Shown here: positions 9,862-19,122 of the stretch, in pieces | Layout of the letters: every line of letters begins with the position of its first letter | How positions within the stretch are numbered: position 1 is the first letter of the stretch | NCBI GenBank assembly: GCA_039933775.1 | Contig: JBDTNK010000001.1 | Coordinates: 5,938 to 69,937 of the forward strand | Source of the DNA: Chloroflexota bacterium | GTDB taxonomy: Bacteria; Chloroflexota; Limnocylindria; QHBO01 | Direction of reading: 5' to 3' | Length of the DNA stretch: 64,000 bases | Translations under genes and position numbers: made by a program | Notes under the pieces: model-generated | The model's input: the letters and a program-made list of their open reading frames with translations, nothing else | Database searches by the model: none | What the model was told of the DNA's origin: nothing

Positions 9862-10855
9862 CGCCGAGCACCGATTCACATACGTCGAGCAACTGCGCAG
9901 CCGCATCGGCGCCACACAGGCGGATCGTGCAGCCAGCACGCTGCCTGTGGCCGCCGCCGCCAAAGGCGCCTGCGATCTGCGTGGCGTCGACTTCGTCGGT
10001 GACGCGCAGGCTCACACGCGTTTCATCGGGCTTCAGCTCTCGGAGCAGGATCGTGATCTGCGCGCCTTGGGTGCCAGCCAGAAACTCGGCGAACCCGTCA
10101 GCATCGTGCTGCTCGGTTCCGGTCTCCGCCAGCATCTCGGGCAGGAGCACCGAGTACACGATTCGACCATCGGCAGACGCCGCCACGGAGTTGAGCAGCC
10201 GGCCCCAGAGTTGCATCGTCCGGTATGGCAGCTCGCCAAGAATGCGGCGGTGAATGAACGGGAGATCTGCCCCGGCGGCCGCCAGGTCGGCGGCAAGACG
10301 CAGGGTACGCGGCGAGGTCGAGCGGTCGCTGAAGCCGTGGCTGTCACGCACTATCCCCGTCATCAGTGCGGTGGCCAATGCGGGATCGAGGGTGACGCCG
10401 AGGTGGGGGACCAGGTCGGCGATCACCTGGCACGTGGCTGCGGCTGTGGGATCGACGACGTTGATCGACCCGAACCTCGTATTCGTCACGTGGTGGTCGA
10501 TATTGACGATGCGCGCGTCCGCGAACCACGCCGCCCGCTCAAGCGCAATGCTGCCGACCCGCTCGAGCGTGGCCGCGTCGCACACCACTGCCAGGTCGGG
10601 CGGGCCGGACGGCGATGCGACGACGGACCGCATCTCGGACATGTAGTCGTACATCGGGCCTGGGGCGTCGGTGCTCACCACCTCCGCCTGCTTACCGAGG
10701 CTTCGCGCGATGAGCGCCATGGCGACCGCTCCCCCGATCGTGTCGGCGTCGGGGTTCTCGTGGCATAGCGCCGTGACATGGGACGATGCATTGATCGCGG
10801 CGCGCAGCTCCGCGCCGGCAGTGATCGGGTCGAATTGGTTCGTGGGCACGGACAT
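9833..10855 (-). CDS. nrnA: DHH/DHHA1 phosphoesterase, NrnA-like (bifunctional oligoribonuclease / pAp phosphatase)
   Basis: Contains the DHH motif IVNIDHHVTN and the DHHA1 motif GGGHRQRAG. The start was chosen at MSVPTNQF; the track start at 10966 would invade the divergent promoter. Confidence 0.7.
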   Translation of the reverse strand: MSVPTNQFDPITAGAELRAAINASSHVTALCHENPDADTIGGAVAMALIARSLGKQAEVVSTDAPGPMYDYMSEMRSVVASPSGPPDLAVVCDAATLERVGSIALERAAWFADARIVNIDHHVTNTRFGSINVVDPTAAATCQVIADLVPHLGVTLDPALATALMTGIVRDSHGFSDRSTSPRTLRLAADLAAAGADLPFIHRRILGELPYRTMQLWGRLLNSVAASADGRIVYSVLLPEMLAETGTEQHDADGFAEFLAGTQGAQITILLRELKPDETRVSLRVTDEVDATQIAGAFGGGGHRQRAGCTIRLCGADAAAQLLDVCESVLGATEAAVPSR

Positions 10856-11067
10856 CAGGACTCCAACGGAGGGCTCCGCGGCCAGACGGGCGCGGGCCGA
10901 GATTGTAAGCAGACCGCACGCGGAGCGCCCGGACTTCGAACCAAACGCGTCGACTGCGCGCACCACCCGCCGAGCGGAGACGGGGTACTATTGCCGCCGC
11001 CCAACCGGTGAGCGTCCCCACATGCGCGGACGTCGCCCGATGCCATCATTCCACTGGAGATCTCTGC

Positions 11068-12249
11068 ATGTCGATCCCTGTGACCACGTCCGTCCCCCAC
11101 GGCGGCACGCTCATCAACCGCACACTCACCGGTGCGGAGCGCGACTCGGCTCTCAAGCGCGCGGCCGGCCTGCCGCGCGTGACCATCGGCAGCGTCGCCC
11201 TCTCCGACCTGGAACTGATCGGGAACGGCGCCTTCAGCCCGCTGACCGGATTCATGGGCGAGGCCGACTATCTCGGCGTGCGCGACGGCATGCGCCTCGT
11301 GACCGGGCTGCCGTGGTCTATCCCCATCACGCTCGCGGTGGACGGTGCGACCGCGGATACCCTCGAGAATGGCGCGGAAGTCGCGCTGGCGGACGGCGAC
11401 GGTCGCATCGTCGGGATCCTGGAGCTGTCGGAGAAGTATCGCTACGACAAGAGTCAAGAAGCAGCGCAGATCTTCCGCACGACGGAGGAGGCGCACCCCG
11501 CCGTCGCGCGCATCATGGCCGCCGGCGACACCTACCTCGGCGGCAATGTCTGGGTGCTGAACGGTCCGCAGGACCCGCCGTTCGCTGAGTTCCGTCGCAC
11601 CCCAGCCGAGACGCGTGCGATCTTCGCTGAGAACGGCTGGCGCCGTGTCGTTGGCTTCCAGACCCGTAACCCGATCCATCGGGCGCACGAATACCTCACC
11701 AAGGTGGCGCTCGAGACCGTTGACGGACTCATGATCCATCCGCTGGTGGGCGACACGAAGAGCGACGATATTCCGGCCGACGTGCGCATGCGCGCCTACC
11801 AGACCCTGCTGGCGGACTACTACCCGCAGGATCGGACGCTTCTCTCCGTCTATCCTGCGGCGATGCGATATGGCGGGCCGCGAGAAGCGATCTTTCATGC
11901 CATCGCGCGCAAGAACTACGGCTGTACGCACTTCATCGTAGGACGCGACCATGCGGGTGTCGGCAGCTACTACGGAACGTACGACGCGCAACAGATCTTC
12001 GATGAGTTCGACCCAGGCGAGCTCGGGATCACGCCGCTCTTCTTCGAACACACCTTCTGGTGCCACGCCTGCGAGGGGATGGCCAGCTACAAGACCTGTC
12101 CGCATGGCGACGACCAGCACTTGATCCTATCGGGCACGAAGGTGCGCGCGATGCTCTCGAACGGCGAGATGCCCCCGCCCGAGTTCAGCCGGCCACCCGT
12201 CGCGCAGATTCTTATCGAGTCCTACCGCGAGTCCGTCGGCGCCCGCTGA
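11068..12249 (+). CDS. sat: Sulfate adenylyltransferase (ATP sulfurylase)
   Basis: Carries the [11 protein letters not shown] motif, a GRDHAGVG loop and a PUA-like N-terminus. The start was chosen at [15 protein letters not shown] (ATG at 11068). Confidence 0.85.
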   Translation: MSIPVTTSVPHGGTLINRTLTGAERDSALKRAAGLPRVTIGSVALSDLELIGNGAFSPLTGFMGEADYLGVRDGMRLVTGLPWSIPITLAVDGATADTLENGAEVALADGDGRIVGILELSEKYRYDKSQEAAQIFRTTEEAHPAVARIMAAGDTYLGGNVWVLNGPQDPPFAEFRRTPAETRAIFAENGWRRVVGFQTRNPIHRAHEYLTKVALETVDGLMIHPLVGDTKSDDIPADVRMRAYQTLLADYYPQDRTLLSVYPAAMRYGGPREAIFHAIARKNYGCTHFIVGRDHAGVGSYYGTYDAQQIFDEFDPGELGITPLFFEHTFWCHACEGMASYKTCPHGDDQHLILSGTKVRAMLSNGEMPPPEFSRPPVAQILIESYRESVGAR

Positions 12250-12282
12250 CGATCCACCACCGCACTGGAGCACAATCCTCTG

Positions 12283-12948
12283 ATGACCGACACCGATACC
12301 GCGCCGCGATCCGGTGGTCCCACCGTCTCGACGACGACCGCGACCACCGCATCGGGCGAAACTATTCACCTTGGCGGTGGCGCGGGCACGCGCCACGACC
12401 GCGAGACGACCGGATTCACGGTCTGGTTCACCGGTCTCTCCGGCTCCGGCAAGAGCACGATCACCCACCTCATCGAAGCGGAACTTCGCCGCCGTGGCCA
12501 CAAGGTCGAGGTGCTCGACGGGGACGTCGTGCGCACCCACCTTTCGAAGGGCCTCGGCTTCAGCAAGGAAGATCGCGACACCAACATCCTTCGCATCGGA
12601 TGGGTCTGCGAAGTCCTGAGCCGGAACGACGTCGTCGCGATCGCGGCGGCGATCAGTCCGTACCGCGACATCCGGGACCAGCTCCGTCGCGACATCGGCC
12701 GCTTCGTCGAGGTCTATGTCGAGGCACCACTCGAGGTGCTCGCCGACCGTGACGTGAAGGGCCTGTACCGCAAGGCGATGGCCGGCGAGATCAAGGGCTT
12801 TACCGGCGTGGACGACCCGTACGAGGCGCCACTCAATCCGGAGGTCGTCTGCCACTCGGACGGCCGCGAAACGCCGGAGGAGAGTGCCGCGAAGGTGATT
12901 GCAAAGCTGGAGGAGCTCGGCTACTCGCAGCCGAACGAGACCCGCTGA
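12283..12948 (+). CDS. cysC: Adenylylsulfate (APS) kinase
   Basis: The P-loop is [12 protein letters not shown], and the rest is an APS-kinase-like body. Its stop overlaps the next gene as TGATG. Confidence 0.85.
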   Translation: MTDTDTAPRSGGPTVSTTTATTASGETIHLGGGAGTRHDRETTGFTVWFTGLSGSGKSTITHLIEAELRRRGHKVEVLDGDVVRTHLSKGLGFSKEDRDTNILRIGWVCEVLSRNDVVAIAAAISPYRDIRDQLRRDIGRFVEVYVEAPLEVLADRDVKGLYRKAMAGEIKGFTGVDDPYEAPLNPEVVCHSDGRETPEESAAKVIAKLEELGYSQPNETR

Positions 12949-14270
12949 TGCGTCCGCGGCGGCGCGTCATCGTCGTCGCTCTCGACGGGCTTGGAATCGA
13001 CCTCTTTCGCGGAGCTCTGGCGCGCGGACACATTCCACATCTCGCAGCGCTGGCCGGACCTGGGGGGCCACGGGCGATTGCGACGCGGCCCCCGGCGAGC
13101 CCCCAGGCCGCGTGGACCACGTTCACGACGGCCTCGAATCCGGGGCGACACGGGATCTTCGGTCTCACGCATCCCGGTCGGCAGCTGCGTATTCGCATCG
13201 CCAGCGCCGACCACGTTCGGATGCCGACATTGTGGGACCGAGCAGCGACCGACGGACTCCGGTCGGTCGTCGTTGGCCTTCCCGGCACGTACCCGGCGCG
13301 CCGAATGTCGGGCTCAATGGTCGCCGGTTACGTCGTTCCCAACCCAGAGCGCCTGTGCTACCCGCGTGCGCTGTCCGCACGCGTCGCTGAGGCAGGGTAT
13401 AGGTCCGATATCGATGTGCGTACGGCGGCGAGCGATCCTGAGCGGTTTGCCGCGGAGCTGCTCACATCTGTCGAGCGCCGAATCGAGGTGATGCGACAAC
13501 TGCTGAAGCACGACCGCTGGTCGCTGGCAGTCCTTGCGTTTACCGAGCTTGATCGATGGGGTCACGCCTGGCGGCGGCGTGTCGCCGCCGGTGATCATGA
13601 CGCCCTGGTGGTCGGCGACTCGATCTTGTCATCGATCGATCGCTTCTTCGGCTTCTTGCGCGAGGCGTATGGAGCCGCCAAATTCCAGGTCCTGTCCGCC
13701 AATGGCATTGCCCCCGTGGACCATCTGCTCAACCTTGATGGATGGCTCAGAGATGCCGGCTACCTTCACCGGGAGGACGGCCAGCTCGGCGGCAGGACTG
13801 TTGCGTTCTCGATGGAAGCCGGCCGAATCTACATCCACGCGACGCGCATGTTCGCCGACGGGAGGCTCGGTGGCGGCTCGGTGTTGCCGTTGATGGACGA
13901 GATCGCTGAAGGACTGACGGCGCTGCGCTCGCCCGACGGCGCCCTCCCGTTACAGGCCGTCGTCCGCCGGCGTGATCTATACGACGGACCTCACGCACGC
14001 GTCGGCCCGCATCTCGTGGCCGTGCCTGCACCGGGGTGGGCGGTTGTCAGCTCTCGGAAGCTTCCCCTGGTCAGCAAAGCTGCGGATTTCGAGGGTGGTC
14101 ACCGACATGACCTGGCGTTCGCCGTCGGCGACGCCGCGGACGATGGCTCACCGGTGACCCTGGAAGACCTCGGCGCGACCGTCCTCGCGGATCTGGCGGT
14201 GTATGACGATGACGTGGATGGCACGGCTCTTCGTGCTGGTGGGGCCAAGGCGCAACGCAACTCACGATGA
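12948..14270 (+). CDS. Alkaline-phosphatase-superfamily protein (type I phosphodiesterase / nucleotide pyrophosphatase-like)
   Basis: The N-terminus VIVVALDGLGIDLF is typical of PF01663-like AlkP-core enzymes. The gene is 440 aa and translationally coupled to cysC. Confidence 0.55.
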   Translation: MRPRRRVIVVALDGLGIDLFRGALARGHIPHLAALAGPGGPRAIATRPPASPQAAWTTFTTASNPGRHGIFGLTHPGRQLRIRIASADHVRMPTLWDRAATDGLRSVVVGLPGTYPARRMSGSMVAGYVVPNPERLCYPRALSARVAEAGYRSDIDVRTAASDPERFAAELLTSVERRIEVMRQLLKHDRWSLAVLAFTELDRWGHAWRRRVAAGDHDALVVGDSILSSIDRFFGFLREAYGAAKFQVLSANGIAPVDHLLNLDGWLRDAGYLHREDGQLGGRTVAFSMEAGRIYIHATRMFADGRLGGGSVLPLMDEIAEGLTALRSPDGALPLQAVVRRRDLYDGPHARVGPHLVAVPAPGWAVVSSRKLPLVSKAADFEGGHRHDLAFAVGDAADDGSPVTLEDLGATVLADLAVYDDDVDGTALRAGGAKAQRNSR

Positions 14271-14422
14271 CCTGAGGTCGCTCGGTGCTTGAGCGCACCA
14301 TCGTGCCGCCGCGCGCTATTGCGCTGGCCGTACCCTTGCCTCAGGATCGCGACTAGTACTTATTACTCACTTATCACCCACTTATCGGCTAGATTCAGCC
14401 GGGTGGGGGACGCACGGGGCGA
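14270..14422 (+). promoter_or_regulatory. AT-rich intergenic region upstream of the priming transferase operon (putative promoter)
   Basis: The only markedly AT-rich stretch in the window is gactagtacttattactcacttatcacccacttatcggctag. It contains reiterated TTAT(C/T)AC-like words and precedes a long co-directional gene run. Confidence 0.3.
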
Positions 14423-14455
14423 GTGCCTTCGCCCCGAGGGGAGGCCCAGCGTTAC

Positions 14456-15178
14456 ATGGTCACCATCCGACGGCGTACCGTCGCATCGCTCGAAGTGCCA
14501 CGAGCGGTGCAGCCCCGAGCGCAGGCGCGGCCTCCGGCCGCGTTGACGTCTCGTCGAAAGCGAGCTTTCGATCTGATCGCGAGCGTCGCCATATTCGTCA
14601 TCATCTCGCCACTCTGGTTCTTGATCGCGCTCGCGATCAAGCTGAGCTCGCCTGGCCCTGTGCTGTTCCGCCAGGAGCGGATCGGTGTCGGTGGCCAGCC
14701 GTTTACGCTCTACAAGTTCCGCACGATGCACAACGGGGTCAGCGATGAGGTGCATCGGCGTTTCGTTACCGGGATGATTCTCGGCAGCGTCGAATCGACG
14801 GCAATCTCAGCGTATGACGGAGCCTTCAAGCTCGCCCGTGATGCTCGAGTGACGGTGGTTGGGCGCTGGCTGCGGCGGACCTCGCTCGACGAGCTGCCGC
14901 AGCTCCTCAACGTGATCGCGGGGGACATGTCGCTCGTCGGTCCTCGGCCGCCCCTCGCGTACGAGGTTGATCGGTATGAACCATGGCAGCACGAGCGACT
15001 GAGTGTGCTGCCCGGGATCACCGGGCTGTGGCAGGTCTCGGGACGCAACCGCCTCAGCTATCTGGACATGATCCGGCTGGACATTGCCTACGCGAGAGAC
15101 TGGACGTTCCGCCGCGATCTGCTCATTGCGATCAAGACGCCGTGGACGATGTTCGTCGATCGCGGGGGTGCTGCGTGA
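14456..15178 (+). CDS. Undecaprenyl-phosphate sugar-1-phosphate transferase (bacterial sugar transferase family, priming glycosyltransferase)
   Basis: The single N-terminal TM is AFDLIASVAIFVIISPLWFLIALAI. It also has RIGVGGQPFTLYKFRTM and the catalytic motif LDELPQLLNVIAGDMSLVGPRP, typical of WbaP C-terminal/PssY-type enzymes. Confidence 0.85.
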   Translation: MVTIRRRTVASLEVPRAVQPRAQARPPAALTSRRKRAFDLIASVAIFVIISPLWFLIALAIKLSSPGPVLFRQERIGVGGQPFTLYKFRTMHNGVSDEVHRRFVTGMILGSVESTAISAYDGAFKLARDARVTVVGRWLRRTSLDELPQLLNVIAGDMSLVGPRPPLAYEVDRYEPWQHERLSVLPGITGLWQVSGRNRLSYLDMIRLDIAYARDWTFRRDLLIAIKTPWTMFVDRGGAA

Positions 15179-16293
15179 TGGAGAAGCTTGGAATCGGCGT
15201 CATTGGATGCGGGTACTGGGGGCCAAACCTGATCCGCAACTTCGCCCGTCACGACGACGCGCATGTCGTCGCAATCTGCGACATGCAGATCGATCGGGCA
15301 TCGCGCGTCGCAGGCTGGTACGGCGTCTCGGCGGTAACCGACGATCCCGCGATGCTCATCAACAACCCTGAGGTGTCGCTCGTGGTGGTCGCGACGCCTG
15401 CCGGATCGCATTTCGGCCTTGCCAAGGCCGCCCTTGAGGCTGGCAAGCACGTTCTGATCATGAAGCCGATGACGACGCGCACGGACCATGCCGAGGAGCT
15501 GATCGAGCTCGCTCGAGCCCAGGGCGTGTTGCTCGCCGTCGACCACACCTTCGTCTACACGGCCGCTGTTCGGAAGATGCGAGAAATCGTGGTGGCCGGC
15601 GATCTGGGAGACGTCTTCTATCTTGACAGTGTCCGGATCAATCTCGGCGTCTTCCAGTCGGACGTAAACGTCATCTGGGATCTGGGCCCGCACGACATCA
15701 GCATCATCGACTACGTGCTCGGTGGTCGCCTGCCGAGCGAGGTGTCGGCGGTCACCGCGGCGCACGCGGGGAGCCGTCACGAGAACATCGCCTACCTGAC
15801 GATGCGCTACGGACCGAGCGTCCTGGCACACGTGCACGTGAATTGGCTCGCGCCGGCCAAGATCCGCCGAACGATCGTCGGTGGTTCGAAGCAGATGCTG
15901 GTCTACGACGACATGCAACCTTCAGAGAAGCTGCTCGTGTACGACCGAGGTGTGACGATCTCCCCTTGGGAGGATCCCGAGGAAATCTACAACCAGCTGG
16001 TGTCATATCGAACCGGCGATGTCACGGCTCCGCGCCTCGACGACCGTGAGGCGCTCGCGACCGAAGTCGACGAGGTGGTACGCGCGATCCGCGGAGGGCC
16101 GGCGCCTCTGAGCGACGCGGCGCTCGGGCTGCGGACGGTGCAGATCCTCGAAGCTGCTGAGCGGTCGGCACGCGATGGCTCCCGTCCCGTCACATTCGAC
16201 GGCGGTCGCACCCCACCGCTGGCGGCGACGACCGCGTTCGCTGTCGGAGGCGCACCGGTTCACTCACTGCGCGCCCCAGCGACCGGCGACTAG
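15178..16293 (+). CDS. Gfo/Idh/MocA-family NAD(P)-dependent sugar oxidoreductase
   Basis: The N-terminus has the Rossmann motif KLGIGVIGCGYWGPNLIRNF. The start overlaps the upstream stop as ATGA. The gene sits in a glycan locus, like WbpB/WlbA-type nucleotide-sugar dehydrogenases. Confidence 0.75.
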   Translation: MEKLGIGVIGCGYWGPNLIRNFARHDDAHVVAICDMQIDRASRVAGWYGVSAVTDDPAMLINNPEVSLVVVATPAGSHFGLAKAALEAGKHVLIMKPMTTRTDHAEELIELARAQGVLLAVDHTFVYTAAVRKMREIVVAGDLGDVFYLDSVRINLGVFQSDVNVIWDLGPHDISIIDYVLGGRLPSEVSAVTAAHAGSRHENIAYLTMRYGPSVLAHVHVNWLAPAKIRRTIVGGSKQMLVYDDMQPSEKLLVYDRGVTISPWEDPEEIYNQLVSYRTGDVTAPRLDDREALATEVDEVVRAIRGGPAPLSDAALGLRTVQILEAAERSARDGSRPVTFDGGRTPPLAATTAFAVGGAPVHSLRAPATGD

Positions 16294-16418
16294 CGGCCGT
16301 TGCGCCCGACGGCGCACGATGGGTCGGGCCTGAATGAGCAAGGCTCGGCCGATGGGTGCTGCGCCGGGCGGTTTCGACAGCGGTCGACTAGGATACGCCA
16401 ACAAACCTGAGGTATGCG

Positions 16419-17558
16419 ATGGAGCTGCGGTCTCTGCTGCGCCTGATCCTCCGCCATTGGTGGGTCATCATCCCGATTTTCATCATCACCGTCGGCTCGA
16501 CGGTCGTGCTGACGTTGAGCCAGCGCCCGATCTACCAGAGCACGACAACGCTGCTCGTCACACCGTCAACCGATTTGAGCGCCACGCAGCAGGAGATCAT
16601 CAACTCACTTCAGCTCCTGAGCCGCCAGAGTGAGATCGCAGCCACCTATGCGCTCGTGGCCTCGAGCGCCACTATTCGCCAAGCGGTCACCGACGAGCTC
16701 GGCATCACGCCGATTGACCGCCGCAACCAGCAGCTCGACCTGGACGCGCGGCTCCTTCCCGGGAGCACGGTCATCACGATCGATGTGCGGTCCACCGATG
16801 CGCAGCTCGCGACGGCCTACGCCTCTGCGGTCGGAGACGAGCTCAAAGACTTCGTCAGCAACCTAACCGAGACGTTCGATCTGTTGACCCTCGATCCGGC
16901 GAGTGTTCCCGGCGCTTCGATCGCGCCGAATGTGCCGCTCAATATCGCGCTCGGCGTCGCAGGCGGACTGGCGCTTGCCGTTGGGGCCGCGGTCGTACTA
17001 CACCTGCTCTCGCCCGCCCCGCGGCTTCGCCCTCGAATGGACATCATCGATCCGGAGACCTGGGCGTACAACTTCCCATTCTTTCTGTTCCGCCTTCGTC
17101 AGGAAATGAGCCGGACACGGCGTGTCGGAACGGCGACGTCGCTGGCGATCATCGACGTGAACCACCGGGAGTCGCTCGACTCCGCCTCGCCACATGGCCG
17201 GGCTGATGCCCTCGTGCGGGTCTCCATCCTGTTCGACACCCACCTGCGGCTCGAAGACACTGCAGCACGGCTCGATGACATGACATTCGCGCTGCTCCTG
17301 CCGGACACCACCGAACCAGATGCGGTCCGGATGGTCGAGGCGCTTCGAGCGCGGATCGCGAGCGCGGTGCTCAGCATCAGCGAGCACAAGGAGCCGATGC
17401 GTGCGAATCCTGCGGCGGGGGTTGTCTCGTATGCGGGCGACGCGATGAGCGAGCAGGAGCTGCTCGATCGTGCCCGCAAGGCGCTGCAGCGCGCCGAAAC
17501 GTCTCCCAGCGGCCGAACCGAGACGTTCACCACCGCGAATGCCGGACGCCCGGCCTGA
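16419..17558 (+). CDS. Wzz-like polysaccharide co-polymerase (chain-length determinant) with a C-terminal degenerate GGDEF-like domain
   Basis: The N-terminal TM WWVIIPIFIITVGSTVVLTL is followed by a Wzz-like periplasmic region and a second TM GVAGGLALAVGAAVVLHLL. The cytoplasmic tail carries GGDEF-fold landmarks: DDMTFALLLPDT in place of GGDEFAVLLP, a possible I-site RLED four residues upstream, and a terminal ELLDRARKALQRAE. Confidence 0.6.
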   Translation: MELRSLLRLILRHWWVIIPIFIITVGSTVVLTLSQRPIYQSTTTLLVTPSTDLSATQQEIINSLQLLSRQSEIAATYALVASSATIRQAVTDELGITPIDRRNQQLDLDARLLPGSTVITIDVRSTDAQLATAYASAVGDELKDFVSNLTETFDLLTLDPASVPGASIAPNVPLNIALGVAGGLALAVGAAVVLHLLSPAPRLRPRMDIIDPETWAYNFPFFLFRLRQEMSRTRRVGTATSLAIIDVNHRESLDSASPHGRADALVRVSILFDTHLRLEDTAARLDDMTFALLLPDTTEPDAVRMVEALRARIASAVLSISEHKEPMRANPAAGVVSYAGDAMSEQELLDRARKALQRAETSPSGRTETFTTANAGRPA

Positions 17559-19122
17559 CGCAGGGGCCGACGAGGGGATTCTCGACGCCGCGAAAGGCGG
17601 AGGGATCGCCTTCGCCGGACGCGTCTTCACCTGGACCGCACGGCTCGGCCTCGCCGTGCTGCTCGCCCGGCTGCTTGGAGCGGACGAGTATGGCCTCTAC
17701 AACCTGGCACTGACAGTGGCCACCGTCATGGCGAGCTTCCCGTCGCTCGGGCTCGACTCCGCGCTTGTGCGCTTCATGGCGGTGTACTCCTCTCGAGGGG
17801 ATTTAGGCCGGCTCCGCGGAAGCCTTCAGATCGGCATCGGGATCCCGCTCATACTGAGCGTGCTCGTGGGCATCGTCCTCTTCTTCGCAGCCGAGCTGAT
17901 TGCGACCGGGATCATGCATGACCCGCGGTTGACTCCACTGCTCCAGATCGCCAGCGTCCTGGTACCCGCCACCGTCCTCAACCGGCAGCTCGCGGCCGCA
18001 CTCCAGGGCCTCCGCAGGCTTGGGGACGCGGTGCGTGCCGAGCAGTTCGCCCAGCCGGCCTCGCGAGTGATCATGCTGCTTGCGATCGCGGCATTTGGCC
18101 TCACGGCGGCGTGGGCCGTCGCAGCGTCGGCGCTCGCGGCGCTCGTCGCAACCCTGCTGATGATCCTGTTGCTGAGCCGCGCCGCCGGAGCAATCCGCGG
18201 CGTGCTGGCCAGTAGGGAGACTCGCGCACTGACGAGCCATGCTGTGCCCGTCTTCTTCTCGAATGTCGTGAACACCTTTGGCGGGAACCTCCAGACGTTG
18301 TTCCTCGGCGCGATGAGCAGCGCCGCATCCGTCGGTGTCTTTGCCATCGCCAATCAGATCACGCTCGTCGGCTCGATGTTTCACCAGTCGGTGGCCGCAT
18401 CCTCGATGCCGGTCTTCGCCGAGTACGCCGATCGCGGCGATCGCTCAGGCAGCGAGCGGCTGTATCGGATCACCTCAAAGTGGACCTTCACGCTCAACCT
18501 GCCACTCTTCTGCCTGGTGCTTGTCTTTCCGGATGCGTTCCTCGCACTCTTTGGGCGCGAGTTCGAGGCCGGCTCAACCGCGCTGATCATCCTTGCCTGG
18601 GGCGCGCTCGCGAACGCGGCCACGGGGACGTCGGGCGCGATCCTCGATATGGCCGGTCATACGCGTGTCAAGTTCCTGAACTCCACACTGTCGCTCGGCC
18701 TGGCGATCGGCCTCAGCCTGATGCTCATTCCGCCGCTCGGCATCGTGGGAGCGGCGATCGCGGCGGTGGGCTCGGTGGCCCTGGTGAACCTGCTTCGGGT
18801 GCTCGAGGTCGCTCTACTGGTGCGGATCACGCCGTACGACGTGGGCTGGTTGAAGCCGATCCTGGCCGGCGCACTCGGCCTCGGCGCCGGGCTGCTGGCG
18901 GCGACGCTCGTCGGAGGGAGCGACACGGTTGCCGGCTTCGCCGCCGGCGCAATTGCACTGCTTGCCGTCTATGCCGCAGTGGTGTTCGCTCTCGGCATCA
19001 GCGACGACGACCGGATGGTCCTGGGCCGAGCCGGACGGAAGATCACACGCATCGGGCGCAAGCGCGGACGCCGGACAGGATCGGCCAAGCCGGTGCTCGA
19101 GTCGGACCGGCACGAGCGATGA
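17539..19122 (+). CDS. Polysaccharide flippase (Wzx / MOP-superfamily polysaccharide biosynthesis protein)
   Basis: Roughly 12 predicted TM helices. The N-terminal region has the typical LLGADEYGLYNLALTV motif. Confidence 0.75.
   Translation: MPDARPDAGADEGILDAAKGGGIAFAGRVFTWTARLGLAVLLARLLGADEYGLYNLALTVATVMASFPSLGLDSALVRFMAVYSSRGDLGRLRGSLQIGIGIPLILSVLVGIVLFFAAELIATGIMHDPRLTPLLQIASVLVPATVLNRQLAAALQGLRRLGDAVRAEQFAQPASRVIMLLAIAAFGLTAAWAVAASALAALVATLLMILLLSRAAGAIRGVLASRETRALTSHAVPVFFSNVVNTFGGNLQTLFLGAMSSAASVGVFAIANQITLVGSMFHQSVAASSMPVFAEYADRGDRSGSERLYRITSKWTFTLNLPLFCLVLVFPDAFLALFGREFEAGSTALIILAWGALANAATGTSGAILDMAGHTRVKFLNSTLSLGLAIGLSLMLIPPLGIVGAAIAAVGSVALVNLLRVLEVALLVRITPYDVGWLKPILAGALGLGAGLLAATLVGGSDTVAGFAAGAIALLAVYAAVVFALGISDDDRMVLGRAGRKITRIGRKRGRRTGSAKPVLESDRHER

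Noticed and set aside
10855-12120. 421-aa minus-strand ORF antisense to sat
   Set aside because: sat on the plus strand has unambiguous ATP-sulfurylase motifs. The antisense product is low-complexity.
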